From contig OY253676.1 in assembly GCA_958009085.1 (NCBI GenBank), positions 558,001-622,000 on the forward strand: a stretch of DNA of 64,000 nt. Direction: 5' to 3'. A model generated the notes under the pieces. It searched no databases. It was not told the origin of the DNA and was given only the letters and a program-made list of their open reading frames with translations. The position numbers were made by a program, and so were the translations under genes. Shown piece by piece: positions 13,320-24,600 of this stretch. The stretch comes from Protoeuglena noctilucae (Eukaryota). Within the stretch, counting starts at the first letter, position 1; every line of letters begins with the position of its first letter.

Positions 13320-15480
13320 TCACCACAGGCAGGCAGCCAAGACGGCGCTCGCCACGAGATATCCCACGATGCTGCTGGCCGTGAGACCCCGCAACGACGC
13401 TGCACTGGAGAACACAGGGCCGATCCTCCCATTGACAGCGGGGACGGCCACAGGGTTGGGCACGCAGCAGCCCCGCGCCACGAGCGCCGGGTCCAAGGTG
13501 GCTGCGTTGCACTGCGCCACGACGGTCGTGTTGTACACGACGGAGGGGAGGCTCTCAGGCCCGAACCACAGCTTGCCGTCGAGCCCAAACGCCCGGGCAT
13601 CGGACCGCTGCGGAACGACGAAGTCGGTCTTGATGATGCCCACGCCCAGCTTGGTCCAGGCCTCGAGATCCTGTCGCGCCTGGGATGCCGTGAGAGATGC
13701 CGGCTGGGGCCCCGTGTCTCCCGGCGCAGACGGCGGCACGTCCATGAGCCCGGCGATGGCGACGATGATGCGCCTCTGAGCGAGGACCTGCTTCGCCAGG
13801 GCGACGTTCGCCTCTGGTGGCGCATACAAGGTGACGAAGGCTTTGTCGGGTGTCGGGTCCTGGAGGACTCCTGACGCGTCCAGCTCATCCGATGCAAGCC
13901 ACACACTGCAAGGGCGACAGCACAGAGGACGGCTGAGATAACGAGGCGTTGGGAGGCAAAGCACCATGTTCACTAAAACACCATGCTCAAGGGAGCCACA
14001 CTGCTACAGGCAAGCGAACACCATGGTCAGCATTTGTAAATGCCACGTTGCCTGGTCACCGGTGGAAGAGGCTCGTGGGGCCGACCTGCTCCTGCGCCAC
14101 CCCGTCCGACAGAAGAAAGACTTTGCCCCTCAAGTCCGCGAGGCTGGGCCAGAGGACCTGCATGAAAGCACTTTGACGCACTGCATGGTCATCGTGATCA
14201 AGCTGCGCGTGCGATGCGCCCCTGCCGCGGTCACCGCAACTCGACTCGCCTGCCCCGCCTCTATGCGAAGGTCGCCAGGTGCAACGATCTTACTCCGCGG
14301 AATGTACTGCAGGAATGTGGCCTCTATGTCCGCCCAGTCGCCTGCCTCGATGTCCTCCCCGACAGTGAGCTTGGTCGGGAGGCCCGGAGTACCCTGCAAC
14401 ACCCCGTTGACGTACTCAGACACGGGAGCCCCCGCCGTCTGCACGCACAGTGTACTGGGTGTCACGTCGTAGGCATGGCAACTGCCACACGTGAGCACCG
14501 CGGGTTGTTGTGCATTGCTCAACGCCTCTCTCCTCCCCCACACGTCACACGCCAGTGCCTTTCCTGCACCCACCGCCGCCAAGCGCACCTGGTCTAGGTC
14601 ACCAGCCGTGGACCCCGCCTTGTACTCGACAGACACGATGAGAGGCAGGGGCGCGTCCCAGCGCGCCAGGCAGTCGACGAGCTGAAGCAGACAGGCGTCC
14701 AGCGTGTGACACAGGGCGTTGTAGTCCACGTCAGGGATGTGCATGATCTTCCACCCGGGGACCGCCATGGCCGCTCCCAGGTCCCCGTCGCCTGTCCCTA
14801 TCTTCTTGCCACCCGAGTATCGGAACCTGCCGCCCTGCGTGTCCTTCCAAACGTCCAGCTCCACCACGCTGACGCCCGTGGAGAGGATCACGTCGGCAAA
14901 AGACGGGTACCTGCAGTGCGGAGCCACGCACGGCACGTTCGGCGCACGATGCGAGGCGCGTGATCTGGTTTGGAGCTCTCGTTGCAACTGCCCCGACTCA
15001 CGAGAGCTCCAGCCTCCGCGCCATACGCTGCACATCCCGCGGCTGGGCCTTGCCCGAGCCGGCCAGCACGGCCAAGATCTGCTGCACGACGTCCAGCTCC
15101 GGCGGAGCATGGTACGTGTTATGCGCATTGAGGAGCTGGACCTGGTCCAGAGAGAGCGCGGCTGCGCACGCTGCAACCATCGGGAGATGCACGCATTAGG
15201 GCGCCAGTCAAAGCCATCCCGTGCGTGCTCGAGCGGCCACCGGAACGCCTTCCAAAGACCGCAGCGATCGTATCGTGGTAAACACCTCACCGTCTTCGTC
15301 GTTCAACAGCCATCGCGGCGCTGTGTTGTTTTTCAGTGCAGGCAGGAGCTCGTGCACTTCGAGGACGGGTGGGAAGCGGCTGACGACGGAGGCGTGCTCC
15401 TGCAATCCTAACCCTGCTGTCTGCAGCGCGATGGCGGCCGCCGAGGCCACCCACGCGAAGAATATGGCTCGCCGAGCCAT
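13320..15480 (-). CDS. Secreted or membrane-anchored Ca2+-dependent phosphoinositide phospholipase C-like protein (PI-PLC-C1 type, PLC-like phosphodiesterase fold)
   Basis: Signal peptide MARRAIFFAWVASAAAIAL; motifs QLLNAHNTYH, VELDVWKDTQGG, PGWKIMHIPDVD, CHTLDACL, VEYK, WPSLADLRGKVF and GVGIIKTDF; hydrophobic C-terminus IVGYLVASAVLAACLW. Confidence 0.78.
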
Positions 15481-15845
15481 GTCATCGCTCGCACTCAGCT
15501 GCGCGCCAGCGGAGGCACCGCTACGCAGGTCGGATGTCACCGCAACCTGCTGTAGCTGGCTCTGCCGCGATTCGCGAAAGAGACGGGCTTTCTTTCGCCG
15601 AGGGTGGGGGCGGCCCTGCTTGACTCAAGCGGTTTCCCAAACGCTGAAGGCACATCCCGGACAGATAGCATCTAGTCAAACTGAGGCGTGAAGGTCCGCA
15701 TATCGTCATCCGCCGCTACCGGGCGTCGATGCGAATGCCGGTGGGCCCGCATGAGCCGCTCATGTCCAAACCAGGCGCTTTAAAGGCACGAATCTGAATC
15801 AGTTAGTTACGAAGAGCGCTGCGTGGGCGAGACAGGACAGTCACG

Positions 15846-15906
15846 GCCATGGGGACGCCCGCACGCCGCGGGGTCCCCGTGGCGCTGCGAAGGGCCCTTC
15901 GCAGCG
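15846..15906. repeat. Two adjacent inverted repeats: a 16-bp hairpin (15846-15883) and a perfect 24-bp palindrome (15883-15906)
   Basis: GCCATGGGGAC-g-CCCGC-acgcc-GCGGG-GTCCCCGTGGC (one G.U pair, one bulge), followed by CGCTGCGAAGGGCCCTTCGCAGCG, which is its own reverse complement. Confidence 0.85.
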
Positions 15907-18900
15907 GCCCACAGTCCACGTTTCCGAAAGGCGAGAGGACCGCGCAGCATAAGTGTTGTCGAGAATTTGCAGGCACGCACGAGGTAACGCCCCCCTCGCC
16001 CGCGCTCCCAGGCATCACAGCGGTCGGCTTTGCGGTGCTGATCGCCGCGGTTGGGGGCCTGCTCGTCCTCCTGTGCATCATCGTCGTAGCTTTCTCTCAA
16101 AGGAGCAGGAAGAAAAGGGCGTGGGCGCGGGCGAAGGAGGCCGCGACGCGGGCGGAGGGAGCGCTGGTGAGGGGCCACGGTGCTGGGCCCTCCGCGCAAG
16201 GCCGCGCGACTGCAGCGCCACTAGACTCAGCTCCGCGACCTCAGACGTTACGGGAGATTGACCTCGAGGCCTGCCGGAACCTCAGCGGGGCGCGGGACAC
16301 ACGCGCCTCGACGCCCCTCGCTCGCGACGTGGTCCTGTCCGCACTGAGCATCGCTGCGCCGGGCGGGATCGAGCTCAACCCTCCGTGGGACCCTCTCGGC
16401 ACGAATCGATCGTACAAGCTGCGGGTAAGCCAGCTTAGGCCGCACCGATGCTCCTGCGCCTGCCTTTGAAGATGTTGCTGAATTCGATTTGTGAGCCGCC
16501 ACCCACTCGCAGTGGCCCCACGATTGGGACGGGAGCATTTTCATATCCGTTGTTCCCGACACGCTGCCGGGGACAGACGCAGGTGGGAGTTTTCCTGTGA
16601 TGTCATCACATCGCGGCCCAGCCTTCGCTCTACGCTGCATGCGGCCCGAGCACGCCTCCCGCAGGCCCGATGCCACGAGGCCCGCATGACTCGGAGTCGC
16701 CCAGCGCGCGGCGCATGTGCCCCGCTGGCTCGCCCAAGCGGCCCTCATCTCGGGAGTCATCCTCCACTGCGGGCGGTGGGCCCGACACTTTGGATGAGAC
16801 CACGAGGATCTTGGACAGCGAGAAGGGCGTTTCGGACGGAGCGGCGCCGCGCCCCATCGACCGCGCGCCTATGATCGAGGTGAGTGCAGGACATGCGGCA
16901 TGCAGGGCACGAGGGGCGGTGCTGGGCTGCGAGGGCGGTGGCAAGGCTGCGTGGTGAGGACAAGGAAGATGCATGGCTTGAAAACATGCATATATATGCT
17001 TAATGATGGCGTGTCTGAGGACAGGTCGTGACTCAGCCCATAAACCCACACACCATCATTCTGTGCACCACAGGTCGGCTTGGTGCTTCCAGACAGCTCC
17101 GTGTGGGAAGCGGTGCCAGCGGGCCAAGTGAGCCCATTCTTCAAGATCCCCGTGAGCTCGGCGAGGACGCCCTTCCGGTTTGTGCTACGGTGAGCGGAGC
17201 GTGCTGCGGAGATGCCCTGCCATGGGTTAGGGTACAGAGTTGCCACACCCTTGCACAATCCTAGCACTGTTGCATGGCCCGTTGCTTATCTTTGTAGCAA
17301 AAAGCACCTGGGAGCCTGGTCATGTGGCTTTGTTCGCTTCCCATGCTCGAGAGGTGTGGCCAACGAGCTTCGTGCTTTGTAATGCCTGGCAGGGCAAGGG
17401 CGCTGGAGTTCCGAGGAAGCGAGGCCAACTACGGCTTCTACGTTTACATGGATCCCAAGGACGGGCAAGACGGCGGAGACGGTGCCGAGAGGCGCCTGTC
17501 AGATGGGGAGGGAGGCGAGTGCGACGTGGCTGGCTACGAGTGGCACTCCAGCGCAGAGGTCGTTTGAGATGATGGAGTCTTGTGGAGCGCACTGGTTTCA
17601 CCCGCGTACCCTGTCGACAGCGCTGTCACCTGCTTGTCGCGTGTCCCTCGCAGGGCCCCCTGACAGTAAGAGGAGCGGAGCTGGTTCGGTGCGGTTGGAT
17701 GACACCTCGCCCTCAGTACCTGAGCCCAGCGGAGGGCCGGGGCCTGCGCGGCTCCTGTCGCCCATCCTGGCGTCGACGGCCAACATTCGGAGCAAGTACA
17801 TCCACCGCCACCTGGCCCGCAGCCGCATGCAGCACGCGCAGTGGGCCGACGTGCTGGGCAGCGTGGCTGCGGGTGTTGCCCCGTCCAAGAAGTCTATCGT
17901 CGACGAGCCCATCAAGGAGGAGACGGAGGGATCGGAGGTGACGATCGGCTGACGGAAGCGTGCATGGGCATGGGTCCTTATCTGGCACATATGGCCGCGC
18001 GGTCGGACCACCATGTCTTGTGTGTCTCACATATCACACATGCCCAACTCTCCCTTCCTTTCCCTTTCTCGCGCGGCAACCCAATGTCATGATGTCAAAC
18101 AACAGTTCTGCTGTCTTGCAAATGCGCTTGCTCGACACCAACAGGTCCCTGGCTCGCGTGGCGCTTGCAGGCCGACGCCGACCAGGGCGCCCTCCCCACG
18201 GCCAACCCCACCTCGCAAACCACCCTGACGCCCTCGCCTCTCGAGTCTGCCGACGCCTCCGCCACCGAAGTGCTCCCGGTCACCCCCGCTGCCACCGCAG
18301 CCAAGCCCACCGTGGCAGCCCTTGCGGCCACGCCCATCGGCGCACCCGCACCCACCAGCCCCGGCCCTGCCACCGACACAGGCTCTGCGCCGGCGGAGCC
18401 CTCCCCTCCCAGCGCTGTCCTCACACCAGTGCACGCGGCGAGCGCGTCCGAGGGAGGTCCCAGCGCAGAGGTGGCACTGGCCGCTACCCCGATCGTCGCA
18501 CCCACCACCCCACGCAGCGAGCCAGCGATACGGGCCCACCCTCCCTCCGCGCCCTCGTCGGTGCGCGGGACCCGTGGCACTCCACCTTCCCCGGGCCTGC
18601 ACCGCCGCGCGGAGTCCGTGGGCCAGGCATTGCGAAAGGAGATCGACATCCTCCCGCTGTCGGCCCACCTGGGCCGGATGTCTGAGAGGTCGAGGAGGAG
18701 CAGTGCCCTGTCCGCGTCGGGTCACAGGCGCGCGATCGGTACGGGATCTCCCTCATCCGTCGCCGCTGAGACGCCGGAGACAGACGGGGCGTCCCCGTCT
18801 GCGGGACACACGCCAACCGATGGCAACGGCGGTGGTGACGGTGGGGGCGGTGGGGGCGGAGACAGCCGGGCGGGTGCCGATTACCCAAGGCAGGATCGGT

Positions 18901-21208
18901 CGGGACAGTCGGCTCACAACGCCGAGCAGTTGTCCTCCGGGCCGGCATCCCCGGACCGAGCCCCGTCCCCGCCCCTCTCCGTCTCCGCGTCGGCCACACC
19001 CACGCGGTCCACGCGCCTGCGTCACATGCGGTCTGCGCACGTGCGGCCCTGGGTGCTGCACCGCGTGGCCTGGAATGACCGCCCGAGCGACGTCGAGATG
19101 GCGACGGCAGTGTCCGCCAGCGGTGGGGCGTCTCGGGATGACTGGGCCAGTGCGCAGGGCAGCGTGAGCGGGTGCGGGCGCGAGGGGCGGGTGGGTGAGG
19201 GGGATCGCGGAGGTGGGGCCACGGCATCGGCGCGGCAGAGCACTGGGCTGGTGGAGCTGGGCGGTGAGGCGAGGGGCGCGACGGGGGGTTTACGCAGGAC
19301 GGCGTCTGCACCGTGGCCGTCGCTGGTGGGCGAGGAGAGGGTGGGGGAGTGTGGGAGGGGCGGCAAGCAGAGGGCGACGGGAGGGGTGGGAGAGGAGGAG
19401 CGGGTGGGCGGAGGGGCGAGCGTGGGGGTGGAAATGGCGACTGTGGCAGGGGTCAGCCGATGTGCCGGGTGACGCGCGGGGGAGTTCGAACGGCGCGCCA
19501 GCCGCGCTGTTGCAAAACGGGCATGCCACCTTGGGAGCTGGGAGCTCTCTTGACGATGGGCAAGCACCCACCCCGAGGCTCACATGCACAACCGACACTG
19601 CGCTGACGAGGCGAGTGGGCGGCATCAGCGGCTCGGCTGGGAGTCAAAGCGGGGTGGACTCGGGAATGCCTTTGGACGGGCCGGACGCAAGCGAGGCTGG
19701 GACGCCCGTCTCCATCGGTGGGGCGACGGATGGGGTGTGCTGCGCTGCTGCAGTGGCTGGAGAGGGTGGTGCGGGTGGTGCGGGTGGCCCGGGTGGGGCT
19801 GGGCTAACTGCTGTGGCTGGTGCTGCTGTTGGTGGGATGGCGGATGGCAGCGCTGGCAGGGTGGATAACTGGGTGGCGAGTGGGGGGTCGACTGGAATGG
19901 AAAGTGGGGTTGCGAGCGGGGTGGGAAAGCAAAGGTATCCTGACGTGCCTGTCTATGGTTTCCACGACTGGAGCAAGCCTGCGGAGCTGGGAGGACTCGA
20001 GGGGACGGGGGCGAGGATGTTTTCTGATGCCAGTGGCGGCCGTGTCATGGACGGACTGCGGGGTCGAGGCGATGGTCCCATGCAGATGCAGGCCGTTCGG
20101 GAGAGCGGCATGGGCGCAACACAACTGCGGTCGTTCCTTGGGGACTGGAGCACGATACTGAGCGGTGCGGAAGGCACCGTGCATGGGTGAGGCTTTTTAG
20201 CAGGGCCATTGATATCACAGCAAAGGCAGGAAGCGGGCGGCAATGAGCGGTGGTGAGGTGCCTGACACGCATTTCATGTCCCGCAGTGGCAGACTCGTCC
20301 TCAGCCCACGATGGCTGAGACTGACCCCCCAGAGTTTAGCGGCATCGTCAGTGTCGCCCCTTCGCCCTCCCCGCAGCTCGGTCAGCACAGCGACGGAGTT
20401 CAGTTTCCCGCACGCACGCGTCGCCGTAGAGAGAGGGCCCGCGCGCCACCCCTCGGCATCCGGCCGTGCCTGGTGGGCGGGCCAGGTTGCAGAGGCAAAA
20501 GACGCACGGCAGGGAGGCGTCGCCATGCCAGCTGACCTTGTGAGTGTAGAGGTCGACCGGCAGGGGGGCGCTGAGGCGGGTCGCGGCTTGCGCCGAGCGA
20601 GCTCCGGGGGGCGGCACCTGTACTGGGGTGGGAAAGCAGAGGGGACGCTCAATGCGCTGTGGGACGAGGGGTGCGGGGGCATGAACAGGGGTGACAACCT
20701 TGAGCAACTGGGAACCGGGTCTGCCGCGGCTGGGATCACGTGGGCAGATGCACCGGGCCAGCGTAGCGAGGGTGATGAGGGCCCTGCCTTGCCAGTGAGC
20801 GAGGGTCACCCGGCCGTGCGGGTGGGTGGCGCGCACGAGGCGTGGCTGCGGCGGACCACGTCCGGCAACGCTCGTGGGGCGATCACGAGGACCCTGTCTG
20901 CGAAAGCGCTGGGCCGTGCCGACTCAGCACCGGGTGGGAGTGGCGCGGGGTGGTACCAAGTGGTGGGGTACGGTCGCCGGCATCTGCAAGAAACAGGTGC
21001 TTTGGGTGCCGCGGGGGACGCGTCTGGCAGAGATCTGAGCGGCACTGCGGCGGAGGGGGATGGCGTGCGACGGGTCGAGTTGGGAATAGGGAGCGGGACC
21101 GCTTTGGGCGCCGAGGGGGCGGAGGTGGTGTGCTCCAATGGGGAGCGGAGCTGGGTCGAGATTGTGTCGGTGGATGGCGACGCATGGCGGCTTAGTGGGG
21201 CGCCGTAG
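15849..21208 (+). CDS. Single-pass membrane protein with a cadherin-like beta-sandwich domain and a very long low-complexity tail (multi-exon; the 3' half of the model is less certain)
   Basis: TM segment ITAVGFAVLIAAVGGLLVLLCIIVVAF followed by RSRKKR. In-phase exons 15849-16424, 16513-16582, 16665-16879, about 17074-17189 and 17393-17558 give VVLSALSIAAPGGIELNPPWDPLGTNRSYKLRWPHDWDGSIFISVVP...VPAGQVSPFFKIP...FRFVLRAR...ANYGFYVYM. Further exons pass through ORFs 18165, 19195 and 20243. Confidence 0.55.
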
Positions 21209-21614
21209 GTCGTTAGTCGTGGGTTGAATTCCACTGCGCAGACCGCTGGGCACTGGCAAGTGCCAGTTGGGCTGGCAGTGGCTGGCGCTCTTGACGTTCC
21301 GTAGCACCCGTCGCTCCTGCAACGGCAGGGAAGAGCGATCGGCCGCTGCGATGGGGTTAAGGGAGGGGCATGGTCGACGTGGCAGCCGTGCTGGGGCTCA
21401 CCCAACGCGAGCTCGATGAGCGGCTGAGACAGCGCCGTCGAACAAGAACCAAGTTCCGGGAACTTGACCTGTTCGAGGCTAATCTCTTGAGCCGCGTCGC
21501 GCTCTTCGTCTTGGATCCCGCGAGCAAGCAAGTGGCACTGAAGTAAGCCGTTCCCAAAGCCCCTGCAAGCGCCGCGATGTAGTCAAGACGTAAAGGTACC
21601 TTTGCTGACAGTCG

Positions 21615-24600
21615 ATGAGTTCCCTCCGCAGAGGAACTGTTGCTGGGCGGGTCATTCGCTGCCAGTGTGGTTGTGGGTGGGATTACGACAGCATCAGCGC
21701 TTTCGCGGCGCACGTCCCCGTATCTGACGGAAGGTTAGAATGCGTACTTGCGCTCAGACTGATGGGCGGGCATGTTTCTCGCGTGAACGCGACGCATACC
21801 TCTGCCGTCCCCGCTGCCCACTCTTTCCACTCCCTCCGGCGTGCAGAGTGGACGGACCTGCCCTTCGCGACAAGAAGCATCGCTTAGGTGAAGTCTTCGT
21901 GCATCCGAATGGAACTCGCTTCACTCTTGAGCGCCCGGTGTCCATTGCCAATCTGTGCGCTTTCCTAGGCGACCGGTGCCGCGACCTCGCGGACGCTGAG
22001 CTCCAGTCAACCCTACCGGGGATGGTGCATTCGCGGGTTCAAGCGAACCTTCTGGGCGGGTCCAGCGCTGAGCGCCCCTCGCAGGTGTGCCGGGCCTAGT
22101 GTGCTGCACCGATGCTATGCTCTCTCTGCGGCTGCCCCTTCCACGCTTCGTCTTCCTTGCGCACAGATTGCGGGCGAGTCTCACGCTCCGAGAGCGACGG
22201 ATACTCCGGTTCGTAAAGCCGAGGCACCGGTGCACTGCAACGACACCTCGGTCATCTTACTCGGTGACGACTCTGACTCTGACAGCGACGTCACCATCGT
22301 GGGTCGCAAGGGTCCCCAGGCGGAGGACGTCGCAGGAGGGGATGACAGGGCGCGGCATGGCGTGGCTGCAGGTGGCGGGGAGGTGGTGGGGCCAATGGCG
22401 CACGCCGTTCCGAGCCCTCAGCCAGCATTGAGCCAGGCAGACATCGGAAATGGCGAGATGGGTGGGAAGGCTGGGCCGGGGGATGAAGCTGGGAGGGCGT
22501 GCGCGGGCAAGGCGGAGGGTAGGAATGCGGACGGGGCTTGGAAAGCATCCAGCGACGAGGTGCATGCGGCAGCGGTGCGTGAACACAGAGAGGGAGAGGG
22601 CGCTGTGGGTGACGCTGCGAATGGGGGCTGCGAGGGGGAGGGCGGCAGGTCACGTGTGGGGCCGGGGGGCAGCGGTGGGGTTGGTGACATTGGGGACCGA
22701 GAGGGTGGGCAGGGAAAGCTGGGTGGCAAGGCGTCGAGCTCCTTTTCCTCGCGACCGAGCGAGGGCGGGGGACAGGGAGCGGTGGGCGCGCTGGGGGTGG
22801 AAGGGGAGGCGGAGAGTCAAGGGACTGAAGTAGTCGACGAAGGGGAAGTGGATGCGCTTGGGGGTGAGCCACTGTTTCGATGGGACCATGCACTGCGTAG
22901 CAGCTGCTCACGTCTACTTGCAAAGACGGGAGCAAAGTGTCGTTTGGAGGCTGGGGTTGACATCTAAGGTATTGCATCGGATGGGCCTGCTTGTGCTTCC
23001 ACACGATCAGCGCCACTCTCTCCACCCGCAGAGTGGGCCCTGTCATCGCCACCCGCCCGATCCGTACCGTCAGCCTCAGCCCTACCCTCGCCATTCCTGA
23101 GGGCGGGGGAGTCTCTGGGGCCCGCTGCCGACGGCGTTGTGTTCGGGGCGGTCTCTGGCGGGGCTCTGGATCCCGGGCCCATCGAGCCGAGCGTGGGGTG
23201 GGAGGCGGGGCCGGAGGGTCGCGTGAGTGTCAAAGATGAGCCGAGAGGTGACGGCTTTGATGGGGGAAGGGACGCGCGGGAGGACACAGGCTGGATGGGC
23301 GACAATGAGGACGAGAAGGTTGGCGGTGCGAGGGCTGGCGCATGGAGCGGTGCAGGGGGTGGTGTGGGGGGTGGCGCTGGAGTGGGTGTGAGGGCTGATG
23401 CAGGGGGTGGAGTGGGGGTTGGTGGGGGCAGCGGAGCGGGGGGCGGCGACAGCTACAGCCGCTTTGGGGGTGCGGAGAAGTCGCCAGGCATCAAGGGGCT
23501 GACGGGCGGGGAGAGGGTGGTTATGACCAAAGGGCAGCAGGTGGCCGTGAGCAAAGGACCGGTGGCCCTGGGAAAGCGCGCGGCCGCTGCCCTGGTCATA
23601 GCCTCCAGCGGCAGGGCTGCCCTCTCGCGTGCCCTCTCGCGTGCCCCTCCCGTCGTAGGCGGGCGCCAGGCGACGCCGGAGGAGTCCTGTGGCACCGCGG
23701 AGGCTTCAGGGACCGAAGGCGAGTCGTCGGATGAGCGCACCGCCAAGCGGGGTCGCGGGAGCGCAGGTGCAGCTTCCGATGGGCACCTGGCGAAGCGCGG
23801 GCGGGACGGGGCAGGTGCAGCTTCCGATGCCCGCTTGGCGAAGCGGGGGCGGGGTGGGCAAGACGCTCCCGTGGCTGGGGCGTCGGGGCGGGCGGACCGC
23901 ATGGGCGGAGCTCCGGCGCCGTCGCGTGCGGGTGCCGCAGGGTCGATGGCCCCAGCGTCCGCGCATGGCGGTGCGCGTGGCGGAGTGCATGGCGCCCGTC
24001 ACCTACTTGCCCCCCAGTCCATTCCCTCTAGCTCTACGGGCGAGAGTGCGAGCGACGGCACCGCGACCGAGTCTTCTGAGGGTGAGAGTGAGAGTGAGAA
24101 GGACGAGAGTGAGGGTGATCAGCAGTCGCAATCGGCCCCGGGGAATCACTCGGACGCGGAGCTGCACGCCATTGAGCGCCCATTGCTAGATGACGTTGAT
24201 ATGGAGGAACATGAGGACGTTTCAGATGATGACACGGGCGTTGACCTGCACGAGCGTAAGTTGCACAGCGAGGCGTGGACCACGTCTTCGACGGGCGCTT
24301 GGGTACCTCCGAGGGCCCTTGGGAGAGGGGGTTTCTTTTCCGCGCAGCGAGCGCGCGATGTGCGGTGTGCGGAGGCGGGGCGAGCGCCGTGGAGATCGTG
24401 ACGCTGCAGACGGGGCTGGGCGATGGGGACAGGCGCCCTGTCAAATGCTCCCTCAACGATCCCGTGCGAGAGTTCGCGCCTCGGCGCCAGGGGGAGCCAG
24501 GGGAGCCGGCCCACGCCCACGAGTGCTGCGTGGTTTTCAACGACTTTGCCAGTAAAGCGCTCCGGGTGAGGCGCCGCGCCGGGCTGCGGGTGCGGGGCGA

